Assembly (NCBI RefSeq): GCF_030684315.1
Contig: NC_081369.1
Coordinates: 2,780,689-2,844,688 of the forward strand
DNA: 64,000 bases
Direction: 5' to 3'
Source of the DNA: Stegostoma tigrinum
Taxonomy: Eukaryota
The translations under genes were made by a program, and so were the position numbers. Of the stretch, positions 51,269-63,255 are shown in pieces. Each line of letters begins with the position of its first letter. The stretch's first letter is position 1. The notes beneath the pieces were generated by a model. That model saw only the letters and a program-made list of their open reading frames with translations. It had not been told where the DNA came from and did no database searches.

Positions 51269-53433
51269 TTTGACCAAAGTCGATAAAATCAAACTCTCTC
51301 TGCAAGTCGCTGGAAAATATCATAAACGTGCGGTACGGATAGAAGTACTTGAAGATAATATGGTATTGAGGGTGTCGCAATAAATCTTAGCAAATGTAAC
51401 TGTTTCTCCAACATGTGGGCTCTGGTTTCTGTTTGACGTCAGAGTTGACCGCGCATTGTAGAACTTGAAACATTTACTCTCTCATCGACCTTTAACACAA
51501 TAAGCATTTTTGCATGCTTCAAACAATTCCGATTTGCGGCAGCTCTGAACGAATTGTCAAGTTGACCAGCTTGTGTTCACATATCCATGGCAGTGTAATG
51601 AAACAGTCATCTCCATTCACCGTTTTCACTGCACCTCCAAGCATTTGGATGGATGTGTGCTGTGGAAACTCAACTGTACGTCTCAGTAGCACTGTGACTT
51701 TTCTGAATAGGAACGGTGTTTTGGTTTTGAGTCCTTCAGTTGACAAGGCACTCTGCAATTAATTGGCACGCGTGATTCTAACCACATTCATTGAAATTAT
51801 GGAATGGAAAATCATCCCAAATCTCACAAAACGTTGATCAAATGTCTTTCACACGCAATAACTTTTAGGGAAAACAGTTTTTCTAATTGCCCAGCACATG
51901 TTCAGTGTACAGTGCTGCTGGTGATTGTGCAATAATTGTGCACTTATTGTTAGTTTTTTTTTCTGCTGCCGACCTGTTTCCTGTGGTTTACTGGGTCAGA
52001 GTACTGCTGCTAGCAAGGTGCAGTTACTGAGATGGACCTGATGTATATTCTTGTGTCTGGCTGAGACAAGTGCTCGCGATGGAACATTTGCTATCGATCC
52101 TTTCTGTCTTCCATTGGTTTTGTTGGTTCTTCCGAGGAGATTTTGTTTCCTGCTGACTTATCACTTCTGCTGCTGTAACTTCATAATGTTTAACTTTGTG
52201 ACGGTGATCCCAACGAGTGTTTAGTGTTGTTGACCCTGTGTGTGCGTTCTTTTCGTGGAAACTCGATGTTGCTGGTCATGCTTCAGAGTTTCTGCTGGGA
52301 TTACACTCGTGCTGCAGGTGATAGTGCTACTCAATCCTACTCATTAGTGTGGTCTGGTCATCATGTTTATTTTTTAATGAATCCCACTGCTCGTTACCGT
52401 GTAGATCATTTTTCGCGATTGGGTGTTTCGACCATTGTTGGCTCAGTCGTAGTATTGCGAGAATATATGTTGACATGATTGCGGAAAATCTACATGTTTA
52501 AAAACATTCCCTGGTGAATTCTAACAGTTTTACTGAGCAAACATTTCCCAAAGGTGGCGTGAGTATATGTTTGTGACAAAAATGAGTAAGTTTTCTCGGA
52601 ATAACATATATACCTTTTGAATGGGTGCTTCTTGTGATTTGGTTTAATGTTTCTGTGCGTATACCTTACGCGAGTGCCTTGTGTTATTTGTATTTGAAAG
52701 CCAATATGTGTGTTAGTATTATTTTTTGATTACAGGTTTATGGGTGGTATTTTCGTGTGAGTTTATCTTGCTCTGGTGGAATGATTGCCACGTAAATGCT
52801 TCACTTTGTATAGTTGTGTGTATATCAGTGCTTTAGCTGTGTTTTCTGTCAGGTATTGCACCCGTTCATAATCATTACCCAAATAATTGGTTCCAAACCA
52901 ACTACAAGTATTCCCTTATGCATCTGCTCAACATTTGTTTATCCTTTCAATCTGATTGTTCCACTTATTACCTGGTACTTAATGCACTGATCAAGTCCTA
53001 TTTTGAGGTCGGACTTTCAGCTGGGTCTCTGGTACCTGAAATACTGAAGACAGTGCCTTGTCTAGCGAGTTTTGAGAAGATTTGTAGCTCAGGTTGAGGT
53101 TCTGGATGTGATATTGCGCTGAGCTGGAAGGTTAGTTTTCAGACGTTTCATCACTTTTTTTATTTGAAAAAATATACTTTATTCATAAGATGTACAAAAA
53201 AAACATATTTATACACCTACCCAGTCATGCAAGCCGCTCCGGGTTACCCAGGGGGTACATACATCAACTAAAGGGAAAAATAAAACAAAGAAGAAGAAAA
53301 AAACAAAGCAAAAAAAATACCCCAGCAGGTGTCACCCCACACAGTCCCAGTTGGCCCCCTGACCAGTTGAGGAAGGCGCCAGCTGGGCCCAGGTACCAGA
53401 TAAGGCCCTTTTTTCTATTCTGGACGAGGGGTT

Positions 53434-56400
53434 TCATACCATGGTCTTTTCCCACCGCGCCTTGGCGGCGGCTGCCCCAAGCTTTAGCGCGTCCTTCAGC
53501 ACGTAGTCCTGGACCTTGGAATGCGCCAGTCTGCAACATTCGGTCGGGGCCAGTTCTTTCAGCTGGCAGACCAGCAAGTTGCGGGCAGACCAAAGAGCGT
53601 CTTTCACCGCATTGTTGGTCCTCCAGGCGCAGTTGATGTTGGTCTCAGTGTGCGTCCCGGGAAACAACCCGTAGAGCACGGAGTCCCGCGTCACGGAGCT
53701 GCTCGGGACGAACCTAGACAAATACCACTGCAACCCCTCCAGACCTCCTGCGCATAGGCACACTCCAGAAGGAGGTGATCGACAGTCTCGTTCCCCCCGC
53801 AGCCACCTCGAGGGCAGCGTGCGGTGGCGCAGAGATTCCGGGCATGCATAAAGGATCTCACTGGCAGAGCCCCTCTCACCACCAGCCAAGCAATGTCCTT
53901 GTGCTTGTTTGAAAGTTCTGGCGATGAGGCATTCTGCCAAACGACATTGGCAATCTGCGTGGGGAACCACACGACGGGATCCACCCACTCCTTTTCCTGA
54001 AGGGTCTCGAGGATACTACGTGCTGACCACTGCCTGACGGCCTTGTGGTCAACGGTGTTTCCTTTCAAAAATTTCTCCACGAAGGATAGGTGGTACGGAA
54101 TGGTCCAACTACTTGGAGCATTCCGCAGCAACCAGGCCAGGCCCATCCTTCGCAACACTGGAGACAGGTAGAACCTCAGTAAGTAGTGACACTTGGTGTT
54201 TGCATACTGAGGATCTACGCACAGCTTGATGCAGCCGCATGCAAAGGTAGCCGTCAGGGCGAGGGTGCCATTCAGTACACCCTTTCCCCCATTTTCCAGG
54301 TCTTTGTACATGGTGTCCCTGCAGACCCGGTCCATTTTCGACCCCCAAATGAAGTGGAAGATGGCCCGGGTGACCACAGCGGCGCAGGTCCAGGGAATAG
54401 GCCAGGCCTGGGCCACATACAACAGTACCGAAAGCCCCTCGCACCTGACAACCAGGTTCTTACCCGCGATGGAGAGGGACCGGAGCGTCCACCTGCCCAG
54501 CTTCTGCTTCAATTTGGTGATACACTCCTCCCAAGTCTTAGTGCACGCCCCAGCTCCACCGAACCAAACACCCAGCACCTTCAGGTAGTCTGTCCTGACG
54601 GTGAAGGGGATGAAGGAGCGGTCGTCCCAGTTCCCAAAGAACATGACCTCGCTCTTACCCCTATTGACTTTGGCACCCGAGGCCAGTTCAACCTGGCCGC
54701 AGATGTCCAATAGTCTATTCACCGACCGACGATCGGTGCAGAAGACAGCGACATCGTCCATGTACAGGGAGGTCTTGACCTGACGGCCTCTGCTACCTGG
54801 GATAGTCACGCCCTTCAGGCTCACGTCCTTCCTGATGGATGCGGCAAAGGGCGCCACACAGCACACGAACAAGGCAGGAGAGGGCAGCCCTGCCTGACTC
54901 CCGATCTAACAGGGAAACTGTCTGATTCCCACCCGTTGATCGAGACTGCACTAATGATGTTGGCGTAGAGCAGCCGGATCCAATTGTGGATGCCCTCCCC
55001 AAACCCCAATTTGGAGAGGACGTCCCTCATGTAAGCATGAGAGACCCTGTCGAATGCCTTCTCCTGGTCCAGGCTGACGAGGCAGGTGTCCACCCACCTG
55101 TCCTGTACGTAGGCGATCGTATCCCTGATGAGCACGAGGCTCTCAGGGATCTTTCTGCCCGGCACAGCACAGGTTTGGTTAGGGTGAATGACCGACTCCA
55201 GGACAGACCTGACCCGGTTGGCTATGACCTTGGCCAGGATGTTGTAGTCCACGTTCAATAGTGAAATGGGATGCCAATTCTTAATTTCTTCCCTCTCCCC
55301 CTTCCTCTTCTAAATGAGGGTGATGATGCCCTTCCTCATGGACTTGCAAATTTCCCCTGCCCAAAGCGCACTATCGTACACTTCCAGCAGGTCCTGGCCG
55401 ACCAGGTCCCACAGAGCAGAATACAGCTCGACCGGTAAGCCGTCGCTCCCGGGAGTCCTATTCCTATCCAAGGACTTGAGGGCTCTGTCAGGTCGTCCAG
55501 GGATATCGGCCGGTCCAGCCACTCCCTCGTGCCATCTAAGACCTCCATGATAGACGACAGGAACTACTCAGAGGCCGTGCTGTCTGTAGGCTTCATGTCA
55601 TACAGTCCGGCATAGAAGGATCTGCTGATCCTTAAAATGTCGGGCCAAGACGACGTCACCGAGCCGTCATCCTCCTTCAGCCGGCTAAGCACAGAGCTCT
55701 CTTTGTGCACCTTCTGAAAGAAGAAATGCGAGCACATCTCGTCCTGCTCCACGGAGTGGGCCCTGGACCAGAAGATTATCCTGGAGGCCTCTGTGGTGAA
55801 GAGCGAGGCTTGCTGGCCCCTCACCTCGTGGAAGTCCTCCGTGACATCGACCCCCAATCAACTGCAGAATGAACAGGTTCTGCACCCTTTTCTGGAGTCA
55901 CGACTGCTTTCCCCGCCTCTCTCTCGCCTTCCGAACACCCTTGAGGACAAAGAACCTCTTGATGTTCTCCTTCACCGTCTCCCACCAGTCGCCCGGAGAC
56001 TCAAAAAGGGGTTTCATGGTTCTCCAACGGGCATACTCTTAAGTTCCTCAATGTTCTCTGGGGTCAACAGAGTCGTGTTGAGCTTCCACGTCCCTTTGCC
56101 GGCTGGCTGGTCATCCTGTAAGTGACAGTCGGCCAGCAGGAGGCAGTGGTCAGAGAAGAACACCGGCTCGACGCCAGTGGACCTGACCGAGAACGCCCAT
56201 GACACAAACAGGAAGTCTATCCTTGAGCGAATAGACCCGCCTGGCCTTGACCAGGTGTACCTCCGCTGCGCTCCATCTGCAGGGGTGCTGAAGACATCGA
56301 GCAGCTTGGCGTCCTTCACCGTGCCCATCAGGAATCTGGACGTGACGTCTAGTTGACTCCCCCCACCCGCTGTCCCCACGCCGGATCTTCCATCTGCGTC

Positions 56401-56840
56401 GATGATGCAGTTGAAGTCTCCGCCTAGGATGACCGGCCTGGACGTAGCCAGCAGGGATGGAAGCCACTGCAGGACAGCCAAGCACTCATTCCATACCACT
56501 GGGGCGTACACATTGATCAGCCTCAGGGGAGGGTTCCTGTAGGTGACGTCAGCCACTAGGAGGCGTCCCCCACCACCTCCTGAACTTGAGAGATGGTGAA
56601 GTCGTGCCCCCGCAGCAGAATAGCCAGGCCCGAGGACCGACAGTCGTTATCCCCCGACCAGATCAAAGGCCCACAGGTCCAGGCGCTGGACCATTTCCCG
56701 TACCTGCCGAGGTGCGGTATCCCGCACTCCTGCAGAAACAGGAAGTCCGCCTTGACGGTGGTCAGGTAGGCCAATGTGGATACACATCTTGCGGTGGACT
56801 TGACACTGCGCACATTAATGCTCGCAACTCGTACCCCCAT
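53434..56840 (-). pseudogene. Tx1 ORF2p (APE endonuclease, RT, C-terminal Zn motif), broken into at least 6 pieces
   Basis: MGVRVASINVR, FLQEC, LGGDFNC, RIDFLF, FFSDH, LDQEKAFDRVSH, GVRQGCP, YMDD and CPRGGCGGNETVDHLLLEC. Confidence 0.93.
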
Positions 56841-57282
56841 TGTGGGCAGTGACCGCAGTACCCTCCAGAAGTCCAAGGTCCAGCCCCTCCATCTGTCCCT
56901 TCATGACCATTGCCCGGGTTAACTGCTGGACGCTCTCCGGGCTCAGGAAGCCATCCGTGCTGCCTTCCGGGTGGCATCCCCCTGTCGGGGGTGCGGAGGC
57001 AGGAGGGTCCGGCTCTGGGTCAGGCTGGGGACGCGCTGTTTCCACCTTCCCGCCTGGAAGTTCCAGGGTGCCCTCCAGTGCCCCAGCGGCACTTGACCGG
57101 GTGTCGGAGGGAGCCTCAGGACACCTCCCGTCACCTGGAAGTGTGGTGCTGCTTTCCTTCTCCCTCGAGATCTTTAACTTCTGCTTCAGGCAGGACCTCT
57201 CCGAATTCCCCTCGTCAGAGGAGCTCTTATAGCCCCCCTGTAGCTGCCTCTTCCCACCTGATGGTTGCGGTTCCTGGGCCCA

Positions 57283-58260
57283 TCAACGCACCTTCCTCCT
57301 CGCTTTCCGGACTGTTGTCCACTCCCCTGGGTCGCCTGTCACCGCCTCCATCGACTCCAGGTTGTCGGGGGGGAGCGGAGACTGCAGGGGCGCTTTGCTG
57401 GCCTCAGGCCCATCCTGCAGGGCTGGGCCCTCCTGCACATTACTGCGGTCCTTGCTGGGCCCTGGTGCCTTCCTCTCCTCTGGGGGGGCTGGCCCCACAT
57501 TGCCCCTGCTGGCAACCTGGGCATAGGTGGTCCCCCGCTGCGGGCATGCCCTATAGAGGTGTCCCGCTTCCCCGCAAAGGTTGCAGCTTTTCTTTTGTGG
57601 GAAATCCTTTGCAAGGTGTCCCTCCTCCCTGCAGTTTCTGCAGATGGTGGCTTTGCAGTCGGCCGCCACGTGACCTGACCGACCACAGGCATGGCAGACT
57701 TTGGGTTGCCCTGCATAGGTCAGGTAGCCCTTGCTCCTGCCGATTACGAAGCTGGACGATGGGTGTACGATGTTCCTGTCCGCGCCCATCCTCAGCGTCA
57801 CCCTGACCTGCCTCTTACTGGTCCAGATGCCAAAGGGGTCCATGATGTCAGTTAGGTCTCCTTCCACCTTCATGTACCTTCCAAGTAAGGTCAGGACATC
57901 AACTGCTGGCACATGCGGGTTGTACATGTGTACAGTCACCATACGGCTCCTCTGCACTGGCATCACAAACAGCGGGACAGCGGTCAATACAGAGAGGGGA
58001 CCCTCACCTCCTTTCTCCTTGAAAACCTCCAGGAAGCGCTTGCAAAGCTTGGCACTCCTGAAGGTCACATCGTAAAAACCTCCTCCGGGGAAATCCTGCA
58101 GGCAGTAAATGTCCGCAGCAGCGAACCCACAACAGTCCAACAGGACCCTCTTCATGAAGAAGGTGCGGCCCACAGGTACACATTCATCTACCTTCTTCAC
58201 GGCAACGTGGATGGTGTTCCGGACCCCCTGACCTGGGGCACGAGCACTTGCCACAGCCAT
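57283..58260 (-). pseudogene. Tx1 ORF1p (ZCCHC3-like, three CCHC zinc knuckles); original frame probably ran to ~56840
   Basis: MAVASARAPGQGVRNT... with CHACGRSGHVAADC, CRNCREEGHLAKDF (degenerate) and CNLCGEAGHLYRAC. Confidence 0.9.
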
Positions 58261-58459
58261 CGTTGCAGGTTGGCTGCTCCCCTGAACCAGAGTTAGGACG
58301 AAGCCAGCATTAAGATCCACTGGTCGCAAGGGTGCACAGCCAACCTGACGTCTTCCTTTCACCTCCAACACAGCACTCTCCTCCTCTCGGTCCACAAGAA
58401 GAGTGGGTCTTTATTTTATTCCAGATGTAAGCTGGTTCACTGTGCTTGAAGGTTTGTTC

Positions 58460-58500
58460 CCAGATGTTTCATCACCATTCTAGGTAACATCATCAGTGAG
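58460..58500 (-). ncRNA. Minimal hammerhead-ribozyme-like motif (Penelope type), degenerate
   Basis: rc: ctca-CTGATGA-t-gttacc-tagaat-ggtgat-GAAA-catc-tg. It has both conserved boxes, stem II, and short stem I pairing. Two CpG-type changes relative to the expected ggtgac-GAAA-cgtc. Confidence 0.6.
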
Positions 58501-58791
58501 CCTCCGATGAAGCGCTGGTGTTATGTCCCACTTTTTATTTATCTGTTTAGGTTTCGTTTGGTTTGGTGATGTCATTTCCTGCGTTGGTGATGTCATTTCC
58601 TGTTCTTTTTCTCAGAGGGTGGTAGATTGGCTCCAAATCAATGTGATTGTTGATGGAGTTCCAGTTGGAATGCCATGCTTCTAGGAATTCTCGTGCATGT
58701 CTCTCTTTGGCTTGTCCCAGGATGGATGAGTTGCCCCAATCAAAGTGGTGTCCTTCCTCATCTGTATGTAAGGATACTAGTGATATTGGGT

Positions 58792-58997
58792 CAAGATAAT
58801 ACAATGTGAGGCTGGATGAACACAGCAGGCCAAGCAGCATCTCAGGAGCACAAAAGCTGACGTTTCGGGCCTGGACCCTTCATCCAGGCCCGAAATGTCA
58901 GCTTTTGTGCTCCTGAGATGCTGCTTGGCCTGCTGTGTTCATCCAGCCTCACATTGTATTATCTTGGAATTCTCCAGCATCTGCAGTTCCCATTATC
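58792..58997. mobile_element. Penelope-derived fold-back insertion (84-bp inverted arms, 7-nt loop, 15-bp TSD)
   Basis: Arms at 58792-58875 and 58883-58966 with one mismatch. TSD agtgata(t/g)tgggtca at 58779-58793 and 58998-59012. Confidence 0.85.
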
Positions 58998-59769
58998 AGT
59001 GATAGTGGGTCATGTCGTTTTGTGGCTAGTTGGCGTTCATGTATCCTGGTGGCTAGCTTTCTGCCAGTTTGTCCAATGTAGTGTTTACATTAACATTTAC
59101 AGTAAACACCGTTTTCTCTGCACTGACTTTCTCCAGCAATCTGTGTTTTTGTTTCAGGTCCTCAGTAACCCCAGCTCGTTGTTTGATATCCTGCCCCAAA
59201 ATTAGAGCACTAGCTCATTCCAGCCAAATAACTTTAGAGCTCCTACTCTCGTGCATGACCACAACGATGGAAGTCTTCAATAACTAATAATAGGCAAGTC
59301 AGTGCATTAAAAATAAACACAATTTTTTGTTTCGTTTATGTTTTGCAGCATCTGTGGAGAGAAGCTAGAGTTAACATTTCGGGTCGAGTGACCCTTTCTC
59401 AGGAGGAGTTTTCCAGTCATTTCTGTTTGTGTTGCTGTTTACAGCATCCGCCGTTCTTTTCGTTTTTATTCAGCATTTATTGTTATGCTTTCTTGGAACA
59501 TGGACGTTGTTGGCTTGGCCAGTACTTATTGGAAACGTCTAAATGTCCCTGAGAAAGCCGCCTGGGGCTGCCTTCTTAATCTGCTGTCGCCAATGTGGTG
59601 CAGATAAACCTAGTGAGCAGTTAGGGAGGAAATACAGGAGGGTTTCAGAAACGGGGATGGGCTGGCTCTTTGTTGATCCATATCTTTACTTGAAAGTGAA
59701 TTACTTCTCTGTAAACAGTAGAGTTTAGGAGTTTGCTGAAATCTGGCTTCTTGCCCGAATGGCTACATC

Positions 59770-59898
59770 TCTGATGAAGGGTCTAGGCCCAAAACGTCAG
59801 CTTTTGTGCTCTTGAGATGCTGCTTGGCCTGCTGTGTTTATCCAGCTCCACACTTTGTTATCTTGGATTCTCCAGCATCTGAAGTTCCCATCATCACC
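59770..59898 (+). mobile_element. Short Penelope-derived terminal repeat with TSD
   Basis: ctgatgaagggtctaggcccaaaacgtcag...; flanking direct repeat ggctacatctc at 59761-59771 and 59899-59909. Confidence 0.75.
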
Positions 59899-60524
59899 GG
59901 CTACATCTCCCACAGAACTGGAAAGAACGGCATCAGAATAAAACAGTGAAGTTGAAGGCAAGACACTCATTGTCTTAAAGCTTCAAGAAAGAAGCACTGT
60001 CTCTGAGGCTAATTGTCAGAAATCCCCCAAAACCGTGAATAAACAAAATGTTATTCACTATTATTTAATTGCAATTAACAATTTAATTGAGTACATCTCA
60101 ACTTACGTCTAAATTCGCTTCTTAACTGAAGAGCAGGAGCAGACTGAAGAAATCACTGTTCGACAACTTTACATGAGTTCCATTACCATGGTCACGATTT
60201 GGATTTGATGGATGTCTGAGCGAAATAGTCTAGGTGAATGTCAGTGGGTGTCACCGCCAGGGAAGGTGGAAACTTTGTAACAGGGCTGCCCGAAAAAATC
60301 AGCAAAATTAAGCAAATCCCCATCATTCACCAGCCGACTTGACATTTACTTCATTTCATGGAAACCGACTGCGATTTGCACAAAACCTTCTACGTTTTTA
60401 CACAATTAAGTCATTGAGCCAATGACCAGGGAATATACATATGAAATTGAATGCATGATTTGGAGCATTACGGAATACATCCTGGTACTTTTGAAATTCT
60501 AATTAGATTACGAATGCCTTTGAA

Positions 60525-60815
60525 TCATGGAATCCCTTCAGTGTTGTGAAAGGCAATTTCGCTCATCGAAACTGCACCGACTCACCAAACAGCATCCCAC
60601 CCAGAACAGGACCTCCACCCTTACCCCATTACCCCACACTCCGCAACTCCGCATTTCCACCGGTATCTTTACTGCTAATTACCAAACACTACGGCCAAAT
60701 TAACATGGCCAATCCGCCAAGCCTGCACATCTTCGGACTGTGGTAGGAAACCAGGGTACAAGGCAGAAATCCAGGCTGACAAGGCGAGAATGTCCAAACT
60801 CTACACGACCCAAGG
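60525..60815 (-). mobile_element. Diverged HE1-type V-SINE fragment
   Basis: catggccaatccgccaagcctgcacatcttcggactgtggtaggaaacc on + is the rc of the V-domain. Confidence 0.75.
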
Positions 60816-61460
60816 CTGGACTTAAAGGGGGATCGCTGTCTCCGTGTTCGAAACACGCTTTTTCTTTGATGCGGACTTTGTTGTATCCTGTTACTGCAAT
60901 TAAATTCTAAGAGAAAAGTTCTCAAAGAAAAAATATGATTGTTATGTGGAAACAGATTTTAAAAAGTAAGGGGCGGCGTTTTGCACAAGTCTGGCTGATA
61001 TTGTAAATAAGCCTGGAGGGCCAGGAGTGTGACAAAAACAGAAGGTGCTGGAAAAGCTGAGCAGGTCTGGCAGCACCTGTGAAGAGAAATCAGAAATAAC
61101 GTTTCGGGTCCGGTGACTCTTCCTCTGAGCTGGAGGGGGCCATGTCTTTGAATTGGGTAAAATTAACATCTCGTTTTTCTGGTAGAAATATGAGCTGTGA
61201 CAGTAGTTTCACCATCTAGGTCAAGATTTTGCTATAACTGTAGTTGGCTGTCGGTGTTATCATTTCCGCTCACTGTGACCACAGCAAGATCTTATATGAA
61301 AATACATGCATGTTGTCCACTCGGCAAGGAATTAGTCACGTGCTTGTTGACTTCATCTCGACGCAAGTGATTAAAATCGATGCATAACTGATGTTCCAAC
61401 AAATTTTCACAGTTCTCTTTTTATATTCAATGTATGATCTGCCAGAGTTTCGTTGTCGCT

Positions 61461-61515
61461 ATGTTTGTGAGTGGATCGCTGTGGAATTTATGTTTTTTGT
61501 GCATTTCGTATCCAG
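61461..61515 (+). CDS. Gene 2 exon 1: putative leader MFVSGSLWNLCFLCISYP with GC donor
   Basis: Same length (55 nt), phase and MxV...LxIxYx-G pattern as the pseudogene B leader. The donor is G|gcacat where the paralogue has G|gtacac. Confidence 0.6.
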
Positions 61516-61820
61516 GCACATGCTCCTTCTTACAGTGTTTGAAATATTCTTGATCGAGGTGTAAGAATAATTGAACTAATTTGTGACGGATAATCGGATA
61601 CTTCATGTTTTTCACATCAGTGTTCCTTTTCCTAGAAAACCTCTGGATACGTGAAAAAATATTTGCGACAGTTCAGTTAGGGCAGGATTTCAGATAGTGG
61701 AGCAGGATTCAAAGAGCAAGGCATGCTAAAATTCTACTGTGTGAGTGTATTGGATTAATTATGTTATATCATGTGGTCCATCTTCCCTGTTTCATCAGAA
61801 CATGTATCTTTTGTTAACAG

Positions 61821-62132
61821 TTGCTGTGTGCACTTCGAACAATGTTACTCCGAATGTTATGCTAATAAGGACCCTGATACAGTCAACAGTTACCATGCGA
61901 TGCCCTTTCTCCTTCGAACTCAACCACTCAAACATAAATGTTTACTGGTTCAGAGAAGGTAAAAAGATGCTTCTCCAGGACGACAGCAGAGCACTCTTTC
62001 ATGTAAAGAGAGGGGGAGCCTACCTTCATCTCTTCAATGTGACTGTCCGGGACGCTGGAACATATTTCTGTGCAGTCAAAAATCAGCATCAAACGGTTGA
62101 TAACAAACCCTCTGCGCAACTTGATGTCTACG
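61821..62132 (+). CDS. Gene 2 exon 2: Ig V-set domain
   Basis: Acceptor ttttgttaacag|, donor G|gttagt, 312 nt, phase 1-1. Reads VTMRCPF..VYWFR..YLHLFNVTVRDAGTYFCAV..AQLDVY. Confidence 0.93.
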
Positions 62133-62439
62133 GTTAGTGCAAACAGAGTTAAACGTTAACGTTTGGCTCCAATGAACGATGAATGTGTTAGCAAAAAATT
62201 TTTTCGTAAACATATACAGTGCATATAAAAGCGTTCACTTCTTTGGAACCTTGTGTTCAACAATGTACACAACAAAAACACATCATAGTAACATTACACA
62301 GTTCAGCAACTGCACTATGTCAGCAACTGGTTTTTAGTTATGGAGTGGAGAAAGCTAATGCAAAACTTTCATGTGAGGCACTTCTTACAATGTGAGCTTG
62401 GAGTAACGGAGTGAATTTGTCTGGAGCTTATTGGCAATA

Positions 62440-62690
62440 TTAAGCATCTCTAAGGCTTTTGAGTAGGTTTGTAGCTCGGGTTGTGGATGTTGTGGTTTGT
62501 TGGCTCTTCCAATTGGCTCGTTGTTCCGCAGACGTTTCATTACCCTGCTGGGGAACATCATCACTGTCTTTCCGGGAAAGGACAACAGTGCTTCATCGGA
62601 GGCTACACCATCGATGTTCCCCAGCAGGGCAATAAAAAGTCTGCGGAACAACGAACCAGCTCGGCGAGCCAGCCAACCACAATGTTAAGC
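62440..62690. mobile_element. Penelope terminal-repeat fragment with partial inversion, in gene 2 intron 2
   Basis: Related to 53060-53154 and 58420-58520. rc contains gtgatga-t-gttccc..gggtaat-gaaa-cgtc-tg; 62640-62682 is inverted relative to 62490-62532. Confidence 0.65.
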
Positions 62691-63255
62691 ATTTTAAATG
62701 TCCTTTTATTTTTAACTTTGAAAAGCCAAATTCCTATTCCCCTCGTTTAGATTGTGGCCGTCTCATTTTCTATGATCCAATTGCCAAACCGCTGATTGCG
62801 AGGAGGGAGACAACGCAAATGTATTTGTATTGATTAAGAGATAACACAGGGTGGAACTGGAGGAACACAGCAGGCCAGGCAGCATCACTGGAGCAGGAAA
62901 GTTGACGTTTCGGTCGGGGTTTACCCTTCCGAAAAAGGGGTCTCCTTCTTTGTGCTCCTCCAGCTCCACGCCGCGTTTATTTCTGATTCCAGAATCTGTA
63001 GTTCTTACTATCTCGTTGTATTAATTAATATGGACACAAGGTAGTATCCAATTTTGCTGAACGTGCAGGTAATGTACCAATTGCATTAGGACGTCGCGGC
63101 ATGAAAAATGTAATAACAACTCCCGCCACTATAAGTAATGACGATCATTGCAGCTGCCATATCCAGAAGTAACAGCTGGTTAGTTCATTAAATCATTTAA
63201 GTTTTGGTATAGAAGCCCAGTGTTCACATTTATGTGAATTTTATTTACAATACAG

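Larger units (their letters stand above)
53155..58420 (-). mobile_element. Near full-length Tx1-clade (L1 group) non-LTR retrotransposon with several frameshifts
   Basis: Two-ORF layout, AATAAA plus a short A tail at 53155-53183 on -, and a GC/CpG-rich body contrasting with AT-rich flanks. Confidence 0.93.
58420..59075 (-). mobile_element. Penelope-like element 3' fragment, host of the Tx1 insertion (its remainder is 53060-53154)
   Basis: HHFDWGNSSILGQAKERHAREFLEAWHSNWNSINNHIDLEPIYHPLR is a PLE endonuclease C-terminus, followed by a terminal repeat with a hammerhead-like core. Confidence 0.8.

Noticed and set aside
56910-57806. 298-aa and other long + strand ORFs over 53-58 kb
   Set aside because: Antisense shadows of the GC-rich Tx1 element.
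57283-58395. Host ZCCHC3 gene
   Set aside because: It is ORF1 of the Tx1 element, directly followed by an APE-RT ORF2 and an A tail.
61723-61746. Alternative gene 2 leader (MLKFYC|gtgagt)
   Set aside because: The donor is phase 0 relative to this ATG while the V exon needs phase 1, and the peptide is too short.
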